Shown here: piece by piece, positions 1 to 12,302 of the stretch
Layout of the letters: each line of letters opens with the position of its first letter
Numbering within the stretch: position 1 is the stretch's first letter
Source: Trypethelium eluteriae
Taxonomy: Eukaryota
Assembly (NCBI GenBank): GCA_051942245.1
Contig: JAVECL010000065.1
Coordinates: 1 to 64,000, forward strand
Direction: 5' to 3'
Length of the DNA stretch: 64,000 nt
Position numbers and translations under genes: made by a program
The notes under the pieces: model-generated
Told to the model about the DNA's origin: nothing
What the model saw: only the letters and a program-made list of their open reading frames with translations
The model's database searches: none

Positions 1-46
1 AGATTGAAGAGTGGGAGATTGGAGGGGGTGGTGGGCGGCGGGTTAC

Positions 47-79
47 TTTGACGTATTGAGTAACTTGGATGCCCCTCAT
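47..79 (-). CDS. First exon of a probable zinc-binding dehydrogenase / NADPH:quinone oxidoreductase (continues off the left edge)
   Basis: The minus strand reads ATG-MRGIQVTQYVK followed by a GTAACC donor. This resembles the N-terminus of fungal zeta-crystallin-like oxidoreductases (MRGIQVxxYVK). Only 11 codons are visible. Confidence 0.45.
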
Positions 80-1491
80 GATGGAGGATTACTGGAGGAG
101 TTGCGAAATGAGAGAAGAGATGGGATGGAGTTCTAGGAATTCATAGATGGACTACAATTGCCAATGTGAAGATTTTCGACTATTCAAGCTAGTTACGGAA
201 TTGTGCTATATTATTATCAGTTTCCACTAGAGACTATGAAGGCAGACGACTTCCGAGGACGCCAAATTTCCGGACCTCGGCACTGTAGGACCACACTGTA
301 CCAGTAGAACATTGGGACCACGCCAAATGCCCCGCTGAATAGGTATGGAGAATATGCGGTTCTGGTTCATCCCCTGGTTGCGCGAGACCGAAGTCCATGA
401 TCTTGAAATAAATCTTCTTCGTGTTGAAATTATTGTCTTTTATTCTATGAAGCTATCTAGGGCTAGGTCTGAAGGTTTTATGTAGAGGTTCACAGGTGCG
501 CTAGGCCTAGTTTGGATGGATTCAGGTTGATCTTCAACACTTCAGAGCAGAAGGCCATCAAATTCTCCAAAATTGTCATCGCAAAGATAGGTATACTGCT
601 CGGGCATCCACAAGCCTTTCTTGACATAGGGTTGTTTGCGTTTACCAAGTGGTCAACAACAAGACTATACTCAAATCCGACTATAGTGTCGTCCAGTCTG
701 CTTCCACAAACGACTGTACCTTACGACTGAGCGAAGATAAACAGTTGTTAGGACCAGAGAGATTATATACTAGCAAAGGATATAAGCTGACGGGCAGATT
801 CGCCTTCGCCCTGTATGCCATCACCACCTGCGTAGTCCCTTCTTAGGGGACTCCTACGTAGCTCAACCATAGCGCCATCGCTACCATGGGAAATGCTTTG
901 ATGATCCAATGCTGGCAGTTGATGGTCTCAGTGCCTCGTCCACTGGGAATGTCGATGTCCCCCCAAGAAGATCAGCCCACCCCGCAAAAATCATGTCAAA
1001 GCTTCACCATCCCCCGAGAACATTGTCTTCCTGCAAAACTCGATTCCCACGCCGACGACACTGTGTGAAAAGGTCGCGTAGAACATCTGCCACCGAAGAC
1101 ATTGTCCTCCGCGAATGCCGTCTGACGTGGAAGAAGTCGTCCGAGGACATCATGGACAGCATTTCGTCTGATCTGCAATGCTGATATATGCCTCCATGTT
1201 CTCGCGATCTGTTGAATTCATCTCATTTCACCAACTCCATTTCAATCTGATGTGCATTCTGAATATGATTCACTAGAGTCAGTGACTCCTTGATCTCAAC
1301 GACTCCTAAAAGAGCACGAATGATTGGAGACTCAATGGCACAGAGCTGCGGTGAGTTTTACACCTCAATCTCGCCATCGTTGCAGCAAGCAATGACCCTC
1401 TGCTATTCAATCTGAGCTGATGATTGCCAGCAGAAGATATTGAGGCGCAGAGACCACAAGATGCCCACGACTCTACTGATGATGAGTCCCA

Positions 1492-1944
1492 ATGCAAGTT
1501 CACCACCAGTACATGCGTTGCAAGCTGCTGACCAGAATTGCAGCTCCGAGGGCTACAAACGGAGCGACGCTGAAAGCCATCGGGCTCATCGCCTCGCCCT
1601 GCGACATCCTTATCTATGTCCTGTTCACCATCTGCCTCGCCTATCACATCGCCATCACGCAGATCTGGAATACAGCGTCTGGGACATGGACGGACAGCAG
1701 CATTGCAAAAGCCTATTTCAACAACGTGACAGGCCAGAACGTCAACGGCGTCTTGATCACGTTCTGTTTCGCGGCGCTCTTCAGCGCGATGTTCCGGCAG
1801 TTTCGTCTGAGCTGGTGCGGAAGGGGGATCCTCGAGCTCTTAGCCTTCCTTTTGTTCTTCCATTTAAGCAATGCGTATAATGCCTCCTATGTGTTAAGGT
1901 ACCCCAGACAGAATGGGACCTGCGCATCCCGCACAATTTATTAA
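1492..1944 (+). CDS. Hypothetical small membrane protein or gene fragment
   Basis: 150-aa ORF with about 3 hydrophobic segments (ILIYVLFTICLAYHIAI; VLITFCFAALFSAMF; ILELLAFLLFFHL). No family recognised. Confidence 0.3.
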   Translation: MQVHHQYMRCKLLTRIAAPRATNGATLKAIGLIASPCDILIYVLFTICLAYHIAITQIWNTASGTWTDSSIAKAYFNNVTGQNVNGVLITFCFAALFSAMFRQFRLSWCGRGILELLAFLLFFHLSNAYNASYVLRYPRQNGTCASRTIY

Positions 1945-2370
1945 TTCCAACTAGCCTTGGATGGAAGTCGTACTTCGGTTTCGAAACGCAATATATTTGT
2001 CCTCAAATGCGAAGAACTATGGCATTAAGTAGTTTTTGACCGGTCTAGGTCTATGATGTGAATATATCCATCCCTTTGTGTGGTATTCCAAAATATGACC
2101 ATCGAAATAGCGGCCGCTGGAGTGTGTTGGCTCCAGATGCTGCTCATTTGAAATGTGAGGCGAGGCGGGGTTGTTAAAATGCTCGCCGTCCACTGCTGGA
2201 GGCGTGGCGGAAGACTTGAGAACCGCGAGTTGGACTTCGATTTCCCGGATATGTTGTTTCTTTCGCTCTTGAAACGCTTTTTGTCTGTACTGAAGGTCAG
2301 AATCCTACAGGTCAAAGGTCTTGGGTCGAGCAAGACATACGCTGCTCTGTGCTGAGCTTTTCGCCTTCGC

Positions 2371-5300
2371 TTAGATGTCAGTCTCGCCTTCCACGTTTTC
2401 AGACACTTCACGCGTTGATCTGTTGTCATTGAGATACTGCGTGAAGTCCGATGTAGGTGAAGGCTTCCAGTACCACCATGGCTCCGATTGATACCCTTTA
2501 CGAAAGTGAGCGGCGACATGATTGACCCTCGCTTTCCAAGTCTCAAAAGACTCCTCGCAGAACCCACACCAGAGTGCGTTATAGGGGAGTTCACGCGGAT
2601 CCTTTCTGCGAAACCAATGAGCTATGAGTGGATCAATGCGAGCTTTGTCCGCAGGGTTGTCGAGTGCGTTTTTAGTGACATGCATACGCTGAATATGATC
2701 TTTTAAACCGCCCTTCGTACTGAAGGTCCTCTGGCTGACTTGCTTCATAAGGCAATTGGAAACGTGTTGGTGACAACGACACTTGCCAAGGGATCCGGGG
2801 GGCTGTTCCAGAGTTCCTCCATATGAGGGCTGAGACTGATACGAGCAAAAGACGCATATAGTATGCACGGCTGGAATGCCGTCAGGCATACATGTCCATG
2901 ATTCAGGTTCCACATGGGTATTTTCGTGCCGAGACCAGGCATACCGGTCCTTACAGGATCTCCAGCAGAATGTGCATGTATAGACAGTCTTCTTACTCTT
3001 CTCAGCCCTTTGTGTAGCTTTGCCTTCGTCAAAATCTCGTCGCTGAAGAGTCTGAGGCCAGCGTCGTTTGCCCTTCCGACCGGGAGTACTTGATGTACCA
3101 CTCATTGCCGAGATTGCGTAGCTTGAGGCCGACGCAATGCTTTTCACCAGTCAGTGCTTGGTCGGATGCTTGTTCTCGTTATCAACTGCTTACCTCGCCC
3201 ATGAACTGTAGCCTGAGGCCAAATGTGTCGCAGACTTCTGGCGTTTTGCCGGAGGACTTGATGACTCCTGAGCCAGTACATCCTTGCCTTTCTGCAGTTC
3301 CATGTGATTTGCATGGTGTGATGCCCATGGTTTGGCAACGGTGCCAAGGCTATGTTGTTGGTGCAAGCTGTTGTGTCTATGTCCATGGCATTTGATGTCA
3401 GTGGACGACCAACGCCGCTTTGGAAACCCACATTCTGTGTTCTTCTGCTCTCGTTCCCGGCAAAGATTGCTTAGCGACTCTACCATCTGAGAGGAGGGTA
3501 TTTTCATTCTCGTCGTTCGGGGGCTGGTAGCTCCGGGAATTGCAACAGGCTCTGAAGTTTTCGAGACCATGTTAGCTAGGTCTGGCTTGCTAATACTCTG
3601 CGCCAAGAGCGCACGACGGGACGTCAGGTTCGGCTCTGAGTCAACACGCTTGAACAGTTCGTACTCGTTGACGCTCGAAGGACCACTGGGTTCGATCTCA
3701 TCCCCCCAGTCATCAATATCGACCTCATCTCCCCAGTTGTCATCATCGTCGTCATCTTTCTCGATGGCATCGTCTGAAAAAACCTCGTCTGAGTCGCTCT
3801 CGTTCACTACTTTGCTCGAGCGCCGCATTACGATGACTTCCTCTCCCTCTTCGAATGTAGTAGCCTTGAACATTTTACCGTAGCGAGCTTCGCGATCTGA
3901 CCTTTTACTGGCGCTGGAAAGAATGCTTCTGACTCCCGTGGATGACCCCTCGGAGGAGCCACCCAGTCTGAATGTTGGTTGTCTCTTAGGTGGGGTTGCG
4001 ACAGTTGGGCTGGCCAATGGTGCTGAAGATGAGGATGTGCCCCAATCCAGGTTTAGAGAGGACCCCCGGACAACGGAAGTCCTATTTCCTTGATAAAATG
4101 CAACTTTGCGATCCTCTAAGACGGAGGCCGTAACGTGCGAGTTATTTCTGTCGCCATATACACATGTAGCGTTGTCTGCGCAACACCTCTTGCATGGGCT
4201 GGCGCCATCGCACTGGAGATTCGTCAGTCAGCCACAGACAAGGATACGATACGATATTGACTGCAAGCGTACCTTGGACTTTTTCAATCGACAACGATCG
4301 CAAGCCTTACAAATACGTTTGCGGACACTTGTTTCATCGATCGCCCTCTTGATACTTTCTGTATCTGCAGCGTAGCCAGGCTCCGTAAGGAAGCGTTGCA
4401 GGGACAGATGTTTTGAAGCTGGCAAACCTGATGCCTCATTCTTGAGCTTTTGAGTTAAGGTCAGTAATCGGCGACGCGTCAGCGGCATACCATCACTGGT
4501 GATATGGGAGTCGGTGCTGGACGGGAGAGCCTCTGAGCTAGGCATTGGAGACAGTTTCTGCTTGCTCCCGGCTTCGACTCTATAAGATGACTCCTGGCTA
4601 AATGACCGCGACTCCTCCGCGTCCCCTGCTGCTACCCCCTCGGAATAGTCATCAGCCTCTGGATACTGCATGTGGAAGATGCCCGAAGCCGGTCGGGCCT
4701 CGAAGTCCCACAGTGCCAGGCTCTCAAGCCCAGGTTCTGCAGCTGATCTCTCCATATCACTGAACGCATGCGTACACACTCCGCTGCGCTGAGATTGATC
4801 GGCTGGGTTCATATTAACGCTTCGACTTCTCACAGCTAGGATCAGCATGGGCTTACTGGACTTCCAACTTCGCGCTCGAATGTTTGTAAAGAACGTTCGG
4901 ACCTGCTTTTGGGATAAGCCTGAAGCTTGTACTAACTCCTCGAGTTCGCGCGGATTCGGATAAGGGTAATCATGGGACTCGAACCATGCACGGAGAATAG
5001 ATCTGCCCTTCAAGGGAGGTTCGCAGCCGGTACTTATCGAGAACGAAGGATGAATATCGGTCTCTTCCCGATCCATCTCATCAAAGTCCTGGGCAGGGTC
5101 AGGGACTGCTGATGGCGACGCAGCTTTCTCATTGACTTCTGGTGCTGCATCTCCGATATCAACGTCCATTAATAGAAAGTTAAAGTTGGCATTCTCCAGC
5201 AGTGCGCTATCGTGGACCGTAGTATCAACATTGAAACATCCGTTGAAGGAATGAGCGTCTCCAATAGGTTCAAAAGCGTCCCATCGCGGCTGCGAGTGGC

Positions 5301-5652
5301 CTGAGACTGCGAATGTAGTGTGACTTGGCTCATTGGATCCCAAGTAGCTCAAATTTGCGTCGCCGGCGTCGACGGCCTCATCCATGGATTGCTCCCAAAG
5401 CAGTGCGCTGGACGGGTCAGCTTGCACTCTATTGTTCCATCCCTCGAGAATGTCATTTAGACCAAGCCCGCCGATCGCTGCGGCGTCGTCTACAGTAGAC
5501 ATGTCTCCTACAGCTCCTCCTTCGACAATCTCGGGGAGATCTGGACATGATGTTTCAGGACAAAAGAGGTCGGATGTAGGAAATTCGCAGAACGGATCAG
5601 TCAGCGTAGCAAGGGCATTAAAAGGGTCTTCGATCGACTCTTCCATGGCCAA
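2371..5652 (-). CDS. Multi-exon transcription factor: homeodomain + Zn(II)2Cys6 + DUF3295-like segment + C2H2 zinc fingers
   Basis: ORFs 4228-5652, 3190-4017 and 2371-3147 join in frame via introns 4213-4272 (GTACGC..CTGAC..CAG) and 3140-3193 (GTAAGC..CTGAC..AAG); a further in-frame intron is likely near 4803-4856. Motifs: ILRAWFESHDYPYP..LSQKQVRTFFTNIRAR (homeobox), CDRCRLKKSK|CDGASPCKRCCADNATC (C6), CTFC..WSRHENTH and CGFC..HVAAHF (C2H2). Confidence 0.8.
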
Positions 5653-7073
5653 GGCAGCGAACAGGCATCTTGAGAGATAGAAAAGATAAGAGAGGGAAGA
5701 TTGAGGAGAAGGATGAGGATTTAAAGCCTACTATGAGCGATGGCGACGACATTCCCGGTGGATCTACGAGGCTGACTGATGCGCGTTGATGTTCTCTGAG
5801 GGTGCAATGTAGCGAAGTACAGCGGTTCGCTTAAGTGGTGCGAAGTGCACAAATCCTGCATAATCTTTGCACAACTCCAGTCCTGCTCCTCCACGTATGA
5901 GCAGCTCCTTACTGAGGCTTGGGGAAGTTTGGCGCAGCATGGAAAGCCATCAGAGACTGTTGCCAACCGGGTTGAACGATCCGGTACCCTCAATGCAGAC
6001 AATGAAGATCTTCTAGCAAAACAGACAGGAATGTCTTGAGCTGAGACAGAATACTCTACTGATAGGGACATGGTTTGCCTTGAACTGGCGTTGGAACAGC
6101 CATTGGTGGTTTCCTCACATATTCAAAGACCCAAGTAGAGAGATGTGCCAGTTGGAGAGGTAACCTTACATTTGTCGATGGCTGTTCTCAGGGAAATATG
6201 TCCTCTATAATTCGCGCCGGTGATGGCAATGCAGGTACATATATCACTCCCATAGAGTGGCTTCTTTGTCTCCGTGCCTGCAGTCATTGACTTTGATGGC
6301 GACAAACCGCCTTGATTTTCAACTCCTTGTGGAGCTGGGCTACATAGTAGGTCTCATACATTGACATTGAAGTATATTTGTTGAAAGCCTGTCTGTCCTC
6401 CGCGCCAGCCATACGGTCGATGAGCCCTCCCAGCCCCAGCTAATCAACATCTAATCGGTCGCTGGGATCACTTTGGGTCGTCTCCGGACTTTTACCTCTT
6501 CGTCAATAAGGACGTCCCAGGGAAGAAAATCTGGATTGGCAGCTCCATCGCAATGAGGAATAGCAGCGCAGAGAAGATGTTAAAAGATAGACCCGGCTTA
6601 ATGCCAAGGGATACTCTAGTTGACATCTCGCTGGAAGGATATCAGTGTGTTGATCCGGGCGGTCGCCTATGGTGGTAAATAGAAGCTGGCTTCCCACATT
6701 CCTGTCATTTCACATCGTGCGCTCTGGAGGATGGAAAGTAGGAATCACAAATTCGGATCTGACACGATAGGCGATGTAGCTGTGTAGACTTTCAGGGTGA
6801 GGCAGGTGGTCGTGGTCGTGCTTGCCGCGGTGGGCTAAAGCGACGTCATGTTTCTGGTCGCTTCCACACCCACTGCTTCAAGCCAACGGACATCAACTCC
6901 CTTCCCTCGATATCCTTACACTGTGTCTATACTATCAGGTTATAATTCCATTCTTCTCCCGATCCTGTCGCCTTAAGTCAACTTCTGCTATTCGTAGCTG
7001 CCTCCAACCTAGCCAAAGAACAAGAATAGACGCGGGGCCTCTGATCTCGGCTTGAATTTAAACAACGCCTGTC

Positions 7074-8675
7074 ATGGCAGATGAGGGCACCTCGTCCGGA
7101 GATGAGGTGCAGGTCACGTTCAATGTCAGGACTTCTAGCGAAGCCAAATATACCCTGAGTCTGCCCGTGTCCACCAAGATCTCCGCTGTCAAGGAGAAGC
7201 TCGCCACCTCCGATTATGCGGATACACCACCTGATCGACAGCGCCTCATTTACTCCGGAAGAGTCATGAAAGATGGCGACACTCTAAGCACCTACAAAGT
7301 CAAAGATGGAAATACTGTACACCTGGTCAAGAGCGCCGCGAGCAATGCGCGACAAAATCCCGCAAATCAGCCCTCCAATTCGTCGGCAAGAGCTTCTCCA
7401 ACGAACACTGGCGGCGCACCTTCAAACATCGCATCTGGGCCTGGAACAAGTCCGCTTAACAATCTGACTGGTGCTAGATTTGCTGGATATGGGCCTGGAC
7501 TCCCTGGCATGGACATGTTTGGGCCTGATGGGGGGGTAAGTGACACAATTTCGACCCTGTTCTAAGAGAGGCGGGTTGCTGATCTTATGTAGATGGCCGG
7601 TGGTGGTAATTTCGGAGAGGAAATGCTACGTCAAATGGACAACCCAATGGTACTATCTCAGATTAACGAGGCCATGAATAATCCAGATTTTCTACGGATG
7701 ATGCGGGAATCTCCGCTGGTCCGGGATAACCCTATGATGCGAGAATTCATTGGTACACCGGCCTTTCGAAGTATGATGACGAATCCAGACATGCTTCGAG
7801 CACAGCTTCGAATGCAGCAAGCTATGACTGGTGGACAGCAAAACGCTTTTCCAGCCCCAGGGGTAACAGACACGACACCACAGGGAGCAGCAGCTACACA
7901 ACAAGGAGAACAAGGGCAACAAGGGAGACAAGCTCAGAACCAGCAAAATCCACTCGCAGGACTAGGTATGGGCATGGGCATGAATCCATTCGCCATGGGT
8001 GGCATGGGTGGCGGCAATCCCTTTGCTACTGGCAACCCCTTCGCTCAACTCTTTCCCCAACAAGCTCAGAATCAGACTCAGCCGTCCGCGAACACATCGT
8101 CCGCAACCTCTCCACCTCCGCCGGCCTCTGCCGATGGTGAAGCAACTGCAACCTCAACAACGAACACTGGCATACCTCGCGACGACACATCCACCCAAGA
8201 AGGCCAAAACACCCAACAGCAACAACAAACTCCCAACCCTTTCGGCAACCTCTTCGGCGCAGCAGGCGGTCAAGGAGGCGCCAGCCCCTTCAACAACATC
8301 ATGCAACAAATGATGCAAAACCCAGAAGCTATGCAACAGATGATGAACTTCACACGGTCCATGTATGGGCAAGGGCAAGGGGAAGGACAAGGCGGCAACG
8401 AGTCCTCCTCCGACCCCGCATCCAACCCTTTTGCGGCCCTCGAAGGTCTCGCTGGCCTTGGGAATCGTTTTGGTGCCTTCGGTGGTATGGGAGGCGCTGG
8501 CGGAGCCCAACAGACGCCACAGGATATGCGGCCGCCGGAGGAGCAATACGTAGAACAGTTACGGCAGTTGAATGAAATGGGCTTTCATGAGTTTGAGCGG
8601 AATGTGAGGGCACTGCGGATGGCCGGTGGGAGTGTGCAGGGGGCAGTGGAGATGCTGTTGAGTGGTACGGTGTAA
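7074..8675 (+). CDS. DSK2: Ubiquilin / Dsk2-Dph1-like UBL-STI1-UBA ubiquitin receptor
   Basis: N-terminal ubiquitin-like domain (QRLIYSGRVMKD..HLVKS), M/N/P-rich STI1 repeats and C-terminal UBA (PEEQYVEQLRQLNEMGF..NVRAL..GGSVQGAVEMLL). Intron ~7536-7592 (GTAAGT..TAG). Confidence 0.92.
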
Positions 8676-9708
8676 TGCCTTTAGAGTTGTCAATGTTTCT
8701 GTTCGTTCGGAGCAGGCAAAAGAATAGAGATGCTGAGGGAACTTTTTTCCCTTTCCCCCCTCATCTCTCTCTTGGATTGGACTATGAGCTATGGCAAGGT
8801 CGGGATCGGACGGAGCTGAATGGAATGTAACCGGCTACTACCTATCTCTTTACGTGGTAGTGAGGGCTCGAGGGATTTACGACTTAGGGTAGGAGCGGAG
8901 GAAAGGGGCGGATCTTTGTTTGTCATCATTGACACTGTCAGGTCATGACAATGACGCTGCTTTCGCTGCTGATTTATCTGTCTCTGTAATGTTAAACGAG
9001 TTAGCGGCTCCAGAGGGCCTCCTGAGTACCGGTGCTTCAAGAAAGCCTAATTCTGCTATAGGCGGGAATTCGAATCACTTGTATTCTATGTTGAGACCTA
9101 CAAGAGCAAGATCCTAGCAAGTCCTGAGCCAAGACCTATGTGTTCTATAGAGCGCCCACCATATTCTAAAGTTTCAAAAATTTTGTACCATTAGTGCCAA
9201 GCCTGGAATATTTTTCTATTCCAATTTCTTGGAGTTAAAATCTGTAGAACCTGCATACCTTAGTTGAACTGATTTATAGAAACACCTTACTTGGGTGGCT
9301 TCTTCGGTCTGGTGTATGTTATTCTGTCACCGGCGTAGCGCCCTCTCTTGCTGCGGTGCTGCGGTCTGTGCACAAGTCCGAGGTTGATGGTGAGAGCTAA
9401 AGAGCAAAAGCTATCTCATGCTCTAAGCTATCGTGGACGTGGCTACTTAATTACATGTAACGGACAGGTGTCGACAGATCACGGCAAAACACCGGCCTTC
9501 TTCATTCCAATTATTTCCGTGTCGGCCTCATGACCTTTAATGCCTGAATTCCTCTGTGCTTGCCTACCTGCCTTATCAAGCATTCCTCCACTCCTGTGCT
9601 CCACCCTCAGTGCACGATGTGCGTGTAGTCACAGGTTGTTATGACTCCTCCACGCCATCGATCCGCGGACGCACAGGTGCAGGCTCCATGCTTTAAACGG
9701 TACCTGGA

Positions 9709-12302
9709 ATGAGGATCCTGAGAAGAAGTCTGATTTCTTCAAAACAATATTCAAAGTATGTCACTTCTATCCGCTCTTTAGAAGACTAATGAATGCGAAC
9801 TGGGATAGGATGGCGAGAACGTCTCCACCTTCCCTTCGAATCTTCGATAGCCTGACCAAGGAGAAAACCATTTTCTCGAAAGCTGACCCGGATGGCAAAG
9901 CCGTCACTTGGTACACCTGCGGGCCGACCGTATATGATGAACCTCACCTTGGGCATGCAAGAAGCGCTGTTTCACTCGACATTCTCCGGCGCGTAATGCG
10001 CGACTATTTCGGATTCAAAGTACGGTTCGTAATGAACGTCACTGACGTAGATGATAAGATTGTGTTGCGGGGGAGATATCAATATCTCGGAACAAGGCTG
10101 CAGAAAGAGATTGAGAGTATGGAAAGGGATAAGGCTGTAAGAGAGGCGATTTCTGTAGGAAGGGCAGCATTCAAGCATTACCTGTCGAATCATCTCCCGC
10201 TGTTGTCCTCGCAGACGACAGCAAAGGCTTACTTAGTGGAAGCGAACAGAGCCTACGCCGATGTTGTTGAAGGCGAGCCAACAGATCAAAATGCTAAACT
10301 CAAAATGCACATCAAGACTTGTCAATCTGCAGCTCAGGCACTAGACGCACTAGAAAAAGTCCCGAACGACTCGCCTTTGTCCGATTTCTTCTACGGAGCT
10401 AAGGACGTTCTTTACCCGTATCTTGACCATCTTTACGGCTCTACCGTCGACTCCCGGGATCATAGTATCTTCACTGCCGTCGCGCGAAAGTTTGAGAAGC
10501 GCTATTTTGACGATATGCACGCTTTGAACGTTCTTGATCCTGATGTCACAACTCGAGCCACTGAATTTATTCCCAAAATGGTAACGTATATTGAACGCAT
10601 CATTGCCAAAGGCTTCGCCTATCCGACTGCCGACGGATCTGTTTACTTCGACATTGCCGCTTTTGAAGCGGAAGGCCATCCATACCCGCGTCTGGAACCT
10701 GGGAGCCGGAACAACTCGGCACTTCGTGCTGATGGAGAAGGGTCCCTCGCGAATAAATCAGCCATCAAGCGCCACGATGTAGACTTTGCACTCTGGAAAG
10801 CAAGTAGACCGGGAGAACCCACATGGCCGAGCCCGTGGAGCAAAGCTGGAGGGAGACCAGGTTGGCACATTGAATGTAGTGTTATGGCCTCGGAGGTATT
10901 GGGGTCTGAGATTGACATCCACTCGGGAGGCGAGGACCTAAGATTTCCTCATCACGACAACGAGGTTAGTCCATATCCTTGCAAACCAAGAGATTAAACC
11001 CTAACAGTCTAGCTCGCACAATCCACGGCATATTGGTCTACCAAGGAGAAACCAGCGCCGTGGGTCAACCACTTCATTCACACAGGTCATCTTGGAATTC
11101 AAGGTTTAAAGATGAGCAAGAGCCTGAAGAATTTCGTCACTATAAGCGAAGCATTGGAACGTCCGGAGTGGACTTCTCGATCCCTAAGAATCTGTTTCCT
11201 TCTTGGCGGATGGCATGAAAAGATAGAGGTGACACAGGATATTCTCAAAGCAGGAGCAGCATGGGAATCCAGGATCAACAACTTCTTCATCAATGCCATT
11301 GACATTATGAGAGCATCAGATGGCCTCACAACAGAATCAAGCAGCTCACTCGAAGAGACACCGGCTTTTACATCCCTTGACAAGGCAAAAGCTGACCTCC
11401 ACGAGGCACTGTGTGATTCCTTCGATACCCCAGCAGCCATGAGGATTATTGCGAACTTCGTGGGTGAATGCAACACAACACAACTTTCCAGAGTCGCAGT
11501 GTTGTCTGCTTCCAGATGGATCACGCGCATCGTCACTATCTTCGGTCTTAACCGGGAGGGTGAGGACGCTGTACTAGGACAAAATGGAGATGACGATGGT
11601 AGCGGACAACTACAAGCCTCTGCCCTCCATTCTCAAATCATCGCTTGGCACGGCGCCGAAATACCTCATGCTGCACAGCAACCCGTCTACGCAGCCTCTA
11701 AGCTCCGAGACGACGTGAGACAGTATGTCCTGTCGGCGAGGGGGGACATCGACTACGCTGCTTTAGAGAAGCTAGCAGAACACATCGACACTGACCTTCG
11801 TCAAATGGCAAATGCAAATGCCGACCCCTATCAAGCAACGGCCAGCCGATTTCATACCGACATTCAACACGTAGCTTCAGAAAAAGCGTCCGCAGGGGAA
11901 ATTCTCAGTCTTTGTGATGACTTCCGCGATATACACCTTTATTCCCTCGATATCTATCTCGAAGACCGCGAAGGTTTACCCGCCCTTGTTCGACCCCTTG
12001 ATACACCTCTCAAAAGAGCATTGGCCGAGAAGCGTGCCGCTGCCGCCGCTGAGGTTGCAGCAAAGACAAAACGCAAAGCTGAAGAAGCAGCGAAACAGTC
12101 AGCTCGGGATAATCAAGCGAAGATCAACCCGGCGGAGCTATTCAAGAATGAACTGTATTCCGAGTGGGACGAGCAGGGTATTCCAACTCGAGATGCGAAA
12201 GGAGATGAGATTACAAAGAATTCGAGAAAAAAACTTGTCAAGATGTATGAGAAGCAGCAGAAGGTACACAGAGAATGGTTGGACAAATGTGAGAGGGAAT
12301 AG
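9709..12302 (+). CDS. CRS1: Cysteinyl-tRNA synthetase (3 exons; probable upstream targeting exon)
   Basis: Motifs YTCGPTVYD..HLGHAR (HIGH), DFALWK, GRPGWHIECS, HSGGEDLRFPHHDNE|LAQS and KMSKS. Introns 9756-9808 and 10965-11012. Confidence 0.95.
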
